64,000 bases of DNA from NCBI GenBank assembly GCA_965197585.1, contig OZ240215.1, forward strand, positions 416,001 through 480,000, given 5' to 3'. The notes below the pieces were generated by a model. It was not told the DNA's origin. It was given only the letters and a program-made list of their open reading frames with translations, and made no database searches. Made by a program: the position numbers and the translations under genes. This DNA comes from Dehalococcoidia bacterium. GTDB taxonomy: Bacteria > Chloroflexota > Dehalococcoidia > Plut-88900. The first letter of the stretch is position 1; the number at the start of each line of letters is the position of its first letter. Below, one piece after another: positions 53,128-62,100 of this stretch.

Positions 53128-54393
53128 ATGACATTTCGAAGACCCAAGCTGCCAATCAAGACTGCGGTAGCCATGGCGCTGCTGGTGACGGCCGTCGTTG
53201 CCGCCTCAATGTCCATCCCGCCGAGTGGTACGGTCCTGGCCCAGTCTCCCGGCATCTGCGGCCGCACGCAGAAGGTGCAGGACGCCATCCTTGCCAAGCT
53301 GTCAGACGTTACCGCCTGCGGGGACGTCACCGATGCAAACCTGTCAGGGATAACCGGGACGCTTGCTCTGTCCGATATGGGTGTGACCACGCTCAAGTCC
53401 GGGGACTTCGCCGGTCTCAGCGGGTTGCAGGAACTGAAACTGGACGACAACCAGATCAGCTCGCTGCCCGAGGACATCTTCTCCGGACTCGCCGGACTCG
53501 AACGCCTGAACCTGACCTTCACCGAGGTGAGCTCGCTCCCGGAGAACCTGTTCGACGGCCTGACCAACCTACAGAACCTGAAGCTGTACCAGAACGGTCT
53601 TACGGCGCTGCCTGAGGAAATATTCGATGGCCTGACCAACCTGAAGGATCTCACATTCACCGCCAACAAGGTCAGCGCGCTCCCGGAGGAAGTGTTCGAT
53701 GGGCTAACTAGCCTCAACTCACTGGAGCTCCCCAGGAATTCGGTCGCTGCATTGCCGGAGGAGGTGTTCGACGGGCTCACCAACCTGATGGCCCTGAACC
53801 TGCACCAGAACAAGATCACCGCGTTGCCCGAGGGGGTGTTCGACGGCCTCGGCAATTTGACGTGGTTGTACCTGAGCAGGAACGAACTCACGGCGTTGCC
53901 CTCGGGCGTATTCGAAGACCTTGGCGAACTGCAGCAACTGACCCTGTTCAACAACAAAATCACGGCGTTGCCCTCAGGCGCGTTCGAGGGTCTGGGCGAT
54001 TTGAATTCCTTAGTCATGAGTCATAACCAGATATCAACATTGCCCGCAGGCGTGTTCGAAGGCCTCGGAAATCTGGATAGCGTGGAATTCGACCAAAACC
54101 CCGGGGCGCCGTTCACCATCACTGCGGAGTTGGAAAAGAAGGGCGCCGGTGTGGTCGTCAGTATCGACGAGGGAGCTCCGTCTTCGTTGTCGGTAACCCT
54201 TTCGGCCACGGGGGGCACGCTTTCCACGGACACTGTCACCATCGCTCGTGGCGCCCTGGAGAGCGAGACCGTCACCGTGACGGCATCCGGCACGGTCACG
54301 GTCAGCGTCGATTCGGTTGCTAAGAGTGGGACCAGGCTCATAGGTCTTGAGATAGTCGCCGGCAGTGACCTGACGCTTGTGGGGGGGATGTAG
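53128..54393 (+). CDS. secreted leucine-rich-repeat protein
   Basis: Signal peptide, Cys N-cap GICGRT...CGDV, about 10 LxLxxNxITALPEGVFDGL repeats, beta-rich tail. Confidence 0.9.
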   Translation: MTFRRPKLPIKTAVAMALLVTAVVAASMSIPPSGTVLAQSPGICGRTQKVQDAILAKLSDVTACGDVTDANLSGITGTLALSDMGVTTLKSGDFAGLSGLQELKLDDNQISSLPEDIFSGLAGLERLNLTFTEVSSLPENLFDGLTNLQNLKLYQNGLTALPEEIFDGLTNLKDLTFTANKVSALPEEVFDGLTSLNSLELPRNSVAALPEEVFDGLTNLMALNLHQNKITALPEGVFDGLGNLTWLYLSRNELTALPSGVFEDLGELQQLTLFNNKITALPSGAFEGLGDLNSLVMSHNQISTLPAGVFEGLGNLDSVEFDQNPGAPFTITAELEKKGAGVVVSIDEGAPSSLSVTLSATGGTLSTDTVTIARGALESETVTVTASGTVTVSVDSVAKSGTRLIGLEIVAGSDLTLVGGM

Positions 54394-54532
54394 ATGGCCC
54401 GCCCATACAACAGCGGAAGAAGCACGGCCATGGACGGCGCACCGCGTCGCTCAGCATTCGAGCTACACAGGGTCCCACCGATAGGAGTGACAGATTGAGG
54501 GAACCCACATGGAGACGGAGAGGAGGAGACCG

Positions 54533-55609
54533 GTGAGGAAGCTGCGATTCCAGACGACGGCCGTTCTGGCTGTCCTCGTCCCGCTTCTCCTGGTCGCCTG
54601 TGGTGATGGGGATGCTGGGTTGTCCCGCGCCGAGGTTGAGGAGATCGTGCGCGCGGAGATTGCGGAAGCGCCTGCGACGCCCCAGTCGGAACGCGGGCTT
54701 ACCCGCGCCGAGGTGGAACAGATAGTGCAGGACGCCATCGCGGACGTCCCCGACCCGCAACCGGGACTCACGTCCTCGGAGGCAGAGCGGATAGCCCGCG
54801 GCGTGATCGCGTCCATCCCGCCCAAGTCCGCCCTTGCCGAGTACACCCGGTACTTCGTGGGCAACGCCGTCAGCCTATACGAGACCCAGGGACTCGACGC
54901 GACCCTGGCCTACTACAACCGCCCGGAGAGCATCGACGGCCAGTGGTACCTGTTCATCATCGACGAGAATGGCCTCGCCATCGCTCACCCCGACCCGGGC
55001 CGCCTGGGACTCGACCTAAAGGGCTGGGTGGGGACCGACGCCAACGGTTACAACTTCGGGCCGGACATGCTCTCAGCCACCGAGGAGGGCAAGTGGGTGT
55101 CCTACGTATACAGGAACCCGGAGAGCGGCGGACTCGGTTCCGACAACACCGGGGCCATGCAGCTCAAGAACGCCTGGGTTGTGAAGCACGATGGGCTGCT
55201 GTTCGCCTCCGGCTGGTATGTCAACGCCGACGAATTCACCAGGTCCCTGGTGTTCGCCGCCGTTAACAAGTTCCGTTCGGCAGGACTGGAAGCGACCATC
55301 GCATACTTCACTGGCCCCGAGAGCGTCTATTCAGGACTGGCAGCGACTATCGACTACTACAACAGCGCCCAGACCGTCGAAGGGGAATGGTTCGCGTTCA
55401 TAGCCGACAGCAGCGGCACGATCGTAGACCACTACAACAAAGCACTGGTGGGAACGGACCTCAAAGACCTGCTCGGCACGGATGTGTTCGAGGCCACCGC
55501 AGAGGGCAACTGGGTGACCACGGAGGACGTGCGCGTTTGGGTGGTCGGCTACGACGGGATGACCTTCGGGTCGGGCTGGCATAGCGGCCACGACGAATCG
55601 GGTAGCTGA
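54533..55609 (+). CDS. stand-alone tandem Cache-domain lipoprotein
   Basis: AGGAGG RBS and GTG start, lipobox LLVAC, three GLxxAEVEEI repeats, YLFIIDENG..IAHP and GKWVSY...FASGWY Cache motifs, then a second copy. Confidence 0.75.
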   Translation: MRKLRFQTTAVLAVLVPLLLVACGDGDAGLSRAEVEEIVRAEIAEAPATPQSERGLTRAEVEQIVQDAIADVPDPQPGLTSSEAERIARGVIASIPPKSALAEYTRYFVGNAVSLYETQGLDATLAYYNRPESIDGQWYLFIIDENGLAIAHPDPGRLGLDLKGWVGTDANGYNFGPDMLSATEEGKWVSYVYRNPESGGLGSDNTGAMQLKNAWVVKHDGLLFASGWYVNADEFTRSLVFAAVNKFRSAGLEATIAYFTGPESVYSGLAATIDYYNSAQTVEGEWFAFIADSSGTIVDHYNKALVGTDLKDLLGTDVFEATAEGNWVTTEDVRVWVVGYDGMTFGSGWHSGHDESGS

Positions 55610-55775
55610 GCGGAGGGGGACCCGTCGCTCGGTTTTCCGGGCAACAAGGGCCGCATACATGGATACGTCCGAGCTTCGAAGGCGGCGGGAGAACGGGCTT
55701 GCTTAGGCCCTCCCGGCTGACGGCTTGGACATCCCATTGCTTAGGGGATTGCGGTCGTCCGTGAGAAGGATTGGT

Positions 55776-55912
55776 GCCACTTTCGTTTATGCCGGCAAGA
55801 GCGCAAAGTCGCAGAAACACTCTCCCTGAGAGCAAACATATTGCCGCCCCCAAAAGTGTGATTAGGCACTTACCAAATCGATGCAGAGTCTCTAGTGTTT
55901 TCATGGGGCAAT
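55776..55912 (+). promoter_or_regulatory. conserved upstream element, copy 2
   Basis: Collinear with 52897-53032. Confidence 0.6.
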
Positions 55913-56187
55913 GCCTAAGAAGAATGACAACATAAGCGGAATCACAGGCCGCCGCTCTACGTGCGGACAGCGGAGGAGGCCGTAGGCTCCGCTCATCCCG
56001 CCCGTGCAGAGGGAGGCATTCATTTGGCGCTCGACAGACCGGTCCATGCACCTGAGACGGCGGATGGAGGGATGGCCCCTGCCGTCGCTGCACCGGTCGC
56101 TCTGGGGTCCGCAGCGCGCGGCGACCTAGCACAGATGCCCCCCCGGGTTTATCGATTCTTCGTGCTGGGTAGAAAAAGGGTGGTGCC

Positions 56188-59100
56188 ATGACTCTACCCA
56201 GCCGCCGTGCTCTTCTAACCCTCCTCATCCTTCCCGGGCTACTAGCCCTATTCGCCCTGTACTTGGTCATACCCTGGTCCACAGCCTCCGCGCAGCAAGC
56301 CTCACAGGAGGGTACGTGTCCCGGAGCCGACTCAGCCCCGACGCCGACCGTGGTAGAGGTTGGGGCCGTTCCTATCGTGGTCGAGTCTACTACCGACGAG
56401 TACTTCGTGCTCTATGTACGGCACGATCTGGACGCGGACACCACGTTTGAAGTACCGGTCGGGGTAACCCTGGGCCAGGACGGCGCCACGACGCTGACCG
56501 AGAGCTTGGAGGCACTGCCCAAAGAGCGCTACCGGGTGGAGAAATACCTCGTCAGCGACCCCGCCGATGTCGATGGCGATTGCACTGATGACATTACAGA
56601 GCTGGCGGACCCGGTGGGCATGAACCCGGTGAACCCTGTCCCAGCCATGAGTTTTGACGATGGCGCGGCGGCCATTCCTAACCGCGAGACGTATGTGTCG
56701 CTTGCCTACAAGGGCGACAGCGGTATCGACAGCCATCTCAGGAACCTGGAGGCCGTCAAATTCCATATGGTCGACATGAACACCGACCGCCCATCCGTCT
56801 ATTTCATGAACACCAAGACGTACCGACGACACGATGACTTCCAGGCGGCCGTTGGTCTCGAGGTCAACCCACTCCACGGACATGAGACGATGGTCGCCGA
56901 GATGGTATACCACCCGAAAGCGGTCGCTCCCGACGGGTCTCTGGGTGTTTATCGTTTCCAGTTCGGGGCCAACGATGTCTACTCTTTCAAAGAGATCTCC
57001 TATGCGTTCACGGTTCTGGCAGCCAGCATGCCGCTGCTGGAAGAAAACCTCGCCTATTACCCGATGTGGTCGAAGGCGGTGGCACGCTATCACGAGGATC
57101 AGTCTCTCTATGATGATTCCCGGGTCGACGTGCTGCTTGCAGAAGACATCGCTTTCGATCTGGATTTCATCTCCCTCAACCCAGGGGAGGGGTTCGGATT
57201 CCTGCGGGTCATGTCGCTGGAGGAACGCCCCAACCCTCGCGACATCGTGATCTACGAGACGCTGCCAAACGATCTCTCCCGCGTTGCCGGAATCATCACC
57301 ACCGTACCCCAAACGCCGCTTTCGCATGTCAACCTGCGCGCGGTGCAGGACGGCGTCCCCAACTCCTTTATTCGAGACGCCCTCGAAGACGGCGACATCG
57401 ATGGCCTGATCGGCAGCTACGTCCAATACCTGGTGGGCTCGTCCGGCTACTTCCTCCGCGCCGCCACACCCGAGGAAGTGGATGCCCACTACAAAGCCTC
57501 GCGGCCCTCTGAGACGCAAACGCCGGAACGGGACCTCACGGTCACGGAGATCACGGCCCTGAGCGACATTGAATTCGACGACTGGAACGCGTTCGGCGTC
57601 AAGGCGGCGAACGTGGCCGTTCTGCGGACCCTGGGTTTTCCTGACGGCACCGTCCCAGACGGGTACGCGGTGCCGTTCTATTTCTACGACGAGTTTATGA
57701 AGCACAACGAGTTCTATGACGATGTGGAGGAGATGCTGGCTGACTCGGACTTCCAGTCGGACTTCGAGACCCAGGAGAAAGAGCTCAAGAAACTCCGCAA
57801 GAAAATCAAGAAGGGCGAGACCCCGGAGTGGATTATCGCGGCGCTGACGGAGATGCACTCCAAATACCCTGAGGGGCAATCGCTGCGCTACCGGTCCAGC
57901 ACCAACAACGAAGACCTGCCCGGTTTCAGCGGCGCGGGGCTGTACGACTCCAAGACCCAGCATCCCGATGAGACCGAAGAAGACGGGATTGCCAAATCGC
58001 TCAAGCAGGTGTACGCCAGCCTGTGGAACTTCCGGGCCTTCACCGAACGCGATTTCTATCGCGTCGATCACCTGGCGGCGGCGATGGGGGTGCTGGTGCA
58101 TCCCAACTACTCGGACGAACTGGCCAACGGCGTCGCCGTCAGCTTCGATCCTATCCGAATGAGATACGGAAATTACTACGTCAACACGCAGCTCGGGGAG
58201 GACCTGGTCACCAATCCCGACGCGCACTCGGCGCCGGAGGAAATCCTGTTGCACCAGGGCGGTGAGTATACCGTCCTCGCGACCTCCAACCAGATGCAGC
58301 GGGGGCAACTCCTTATGAGCGACGCCCAAATGGATCAGTTGCGCCGTCATCTCGAACTGATCCATGACGAGTTCGCCAAGCTGTACGGCATCGAGGGCGA
58401 TGAGCCGTTCGCCATGGAGATCGAGTTCAAGATCACCAGTGACGATATTCTGTCGATCAAGCAGGCCCGCCCCTGGGTCTTCGGCGACGACGTGCCATCG
58501 GAAAACGACCCGGCCACCGGAGCGCCCACCATCAGTGGGACGGTTCAGGTGGACGAGACGCTGACGGCGGACATCTCGGGCATCGCCGACGCCGATGGGC
58601 TGACCAGCTTGTTGTACGGCTCCCTCTACAGCTACCAATGGATTCGGAACGATGGAACGACGGAGACGGACATTGAGGACGCCGCAAACTCCACCTATAC
58701 CCTGTCGGACGCCGACGTGGGAAAGACCATCAGGGTGCGGGTGAGCTTTACCGACGACCGGGGCTACGAGGAGACGCTGACCAGCACAGCAACCACTGCC
58801 GTCACCCGGCCCAACAGCCCGGCCACGGGAGCGCCCACCATCAGTGGGACGGCTCAGGTGGGCGAGACGCTGACGGCGGACATCTCGGGCATTGCAGATG
58901 CCGATGGGCTGACCAGCTTGTTGTACGGCTCCCTGTACAGCTACCAATGGATTCGGAACGATGGAACGACGGAGACGGACATCGAGAATGCCACAAGCTC
59001 GACCTATACCCTGTCGGACGCCGACGTGGGAAAGACCATCAAGGTGCGGGTGAGCTTCACCGACGACTGGGGTCATGAAGAGAACTTAGTCAGCGCGGCG

Positions 59101-62100
59101 ACGACCGCTGTGCAGCCTCGTCCCAACAGCCCGGCCACGGGAGCGCCCACCATCAGTGGGACGGCTCAGGTGGACGAGACGCTGACGGCGGACATTTCGG
59201 GCATCGCCGACGCCGACGGGCTGAATAGCGTTTCTTACAGCTACCACTGGATTGCCAACGATGGGACCACCGACACGGACATACTGGGAGCGACCAGCTC
59301 CACCTACACACTGTCGGACGACGATGTGGGCAAGACCATCAAGGTGTGGGTGAGCTTCACCGACGACTGGGGTCATGAAGAGAACTTGGTCAGCGCGGCG
59401 ACGACCGCTGTGCAGCCTCGTCCCAACAGCCCGGCCACGGGAGCGCCCACCATCAGTGGGACGGCCCAGGTGGGCGGGACCCTCACGGCGGACGTTTCCG
59501 GCATCACCGACGCCGACGGGCTGACCAACGCTTCGTACATTTATCAGTGGATTGCAAACTATGGGACCACCGACACGGACATAAGCGGTCAGACAGGCTC
59601 GACCTACACCCTGGTCTCCGCCGACGTGGGCAAGACCATCAAGGTGCGGGTGGGCTTCACCGACGACGCCAACAACAGCGAGACCCTGACCAGCGAGGCG
59701 ACGGCGACGGTGCCGACGGCGGACGAGTGGTGGGCGGATATGTTGGTGGTGGATTACGGCACCGGCGCCATCGGCGCCGCCAGCGCCGATCTCTTTTCGA
59801 ACTCCGGGGGCAACGCTGGCCTTGAGGCAAAGTGGCTGTGGTACTACTCTCCGGAGCGGAAGCTTCGCTTGGCTTTTACGGATAACGTTCCCAACGTCAT
59901 CGACCTGACGCTGCTAGTTGGCGATGTCGCGCTGGCATTACAGGGAGGGGATGCCACCTTTACCTGGGAAGACGTCGACGTCGATTGGGAGGACGGTCAG
60001 ACCCTTACGACGCGCATCGTACGTGATTGGACGAGTGCGGTCGTCGCCCTCAACAGCCCGGCCACTGGGTTGCCGACCATCATTGGCACGGCTCAGGCGG
60101 GCGAGACGCTGACAGCGGACGGTTCCGGCATCAACGATGAGGACGGGCTGACCAGCGTTTCGTACAGCTACCAGTGGATTTCCAACGACGGGACCACCGA
60201 CACGGACATCCAGGACGCCACGGATTCCACCCACACCCTGACCGACGACGACGCAGGCAAGACCATCAAGGTGCGGGTGTCCTTCACCGACGACGCCGAC
60301 CACGAGGAGACGCTGACCAGCGGGGCGACGGGGGTGGTTGCGGCCAAGCCCAACTCTCCGGCCGCGGGAGCGCCGACCATCATTGGTACGGCCCAGGCGG
60401 GCGAGACGCTGACGGCGGACGTTTCTAGCATCGCCGACGTCGACGGGCTGACCAACGTTTCCTACAGCTACCAGTGGATCAGGAGCGACAACGGCACCGA
60501 CGCCGACATTGGGGGTCAGACAGCTTCGACCTACACCCTGTCCGACGAGGACGAGGGCAAGGCCATCAAAGTGAAGGTGTCCTTCACCGACGACGCCGAC
60601 CACGAGGAGACGCTGACCAGCGCGGCGACGGGGGTGGTTGCGGCCAAGCCCAACTCTCCAGCCACCGGGTTGCCGACCATCATTGGCACGGCCCAGGCGG
60701 GCGAGACGCTGACAGCGTACGTTTCCGGCGTCAACGATGAGGACGGGCTGACCAGCGTTTCGTACAACTATCAGTGGATTGCCAACGACGGTAACACCGA
60801 CACCGACATATCGGGACAGACGGACTCCACCTACACCCTGACCGACGCTGCCGCAGGCAAGACCATCAAGGTGCGGGTGTCCTTCACCGACGACGCCGAC
60901 CACGAGGAGACGCTGACCAGCGCGGCGACGGGGGTGGTTGCGGCCAAGCCCAACTCTCCAGCCACGGGAGCGCCGACCATCGGCGGCACGCCCCAGGTGG
61001 GCGGGACGCTGTCGGCGGACACCTCCGGCATATCGGACGACGACGGGTTGACCAACGTCTCTTACAGCTACCAGTGGCTGTCCGGAGGGTCGGACATCGC
61101 CGGAGCCACCGGGTCCAGCTACACCCTCAAGGACGTGCAGAAAGGGCAGACAATCCAAGTGCGGGTCTCCTTCCGCGACGATGCCGACAACGATGAGACG
61201 CTGACCAGCGATACGACGGCGACGGTGGTGGGGCCGCCGCTGACCGTCGGCAGCGATTTCACTCTGGACGCCGCCAACGGCTATCCGACCGGCATCTGGT
61301 CGGACGGGACCACCATGTGGGTCGCGGACTTCGAGGACGCCAAGCTGTACGCCTACCGGATGTCCGACCGGAGCCGGGATTCAGGTAAGGATTTCACTCT
61401 GGACGCCGCCAACGGCTCTCCGGTGGGCATCTGGTCGGACGGGACCACCATGTGGGCGTCGGACTTCGCCGACGGCAAGCTGTACGCCTACCGGATGTCC
61501 GACCGGAGCCGGGACTCGGGCAAGGACTTCAACACGTTGTCCGCCGCCGGCAACCTCTTTCCCGAGGGCATCTGGTCGGACGGGACCACCATGTGGGTCG
61601 CGGACACCGGCAACGACACGGTGTTCGCCTACGACCTGTCTACCAGGGCCTGGGACTTCGAGAAGGACATCACGCTGGGCCCCGGCCACGGTTCTCCGAT
61701 GGGCGTCTGGTCGAACGGATCCACGATGTGGGTTTCGGACTGGCGGGACGCCAAGCTGTACGCCTACCGGATGTCGGACCGGAGCCGGGACGCCGGCAAA
61801 GACTTCGCGCTGGACGCCGACGATGAATCTTACGAGGGCATCTGGTCGGCCGGGTCCACGATGTGGGTGGCGTCCCGCGACGACGCTAAGCTCTACGCCT
61901 ACGACTGGAACAATCCTGCCACGGGAGCGCCGACGATCATCGGCAGGGTCCGGGTGGACGAGACGCTGACGGGGGGCACCCGCTCCATCGCCGACGCGGA
62001 CGGGCTGGACGCCGCCATCTTCGAATATCAATGGGTTTCGAACGGCGGGAACGCCGACACGGACATCGCGGGCGCGACCGATTCGACCTACACCATCGTC

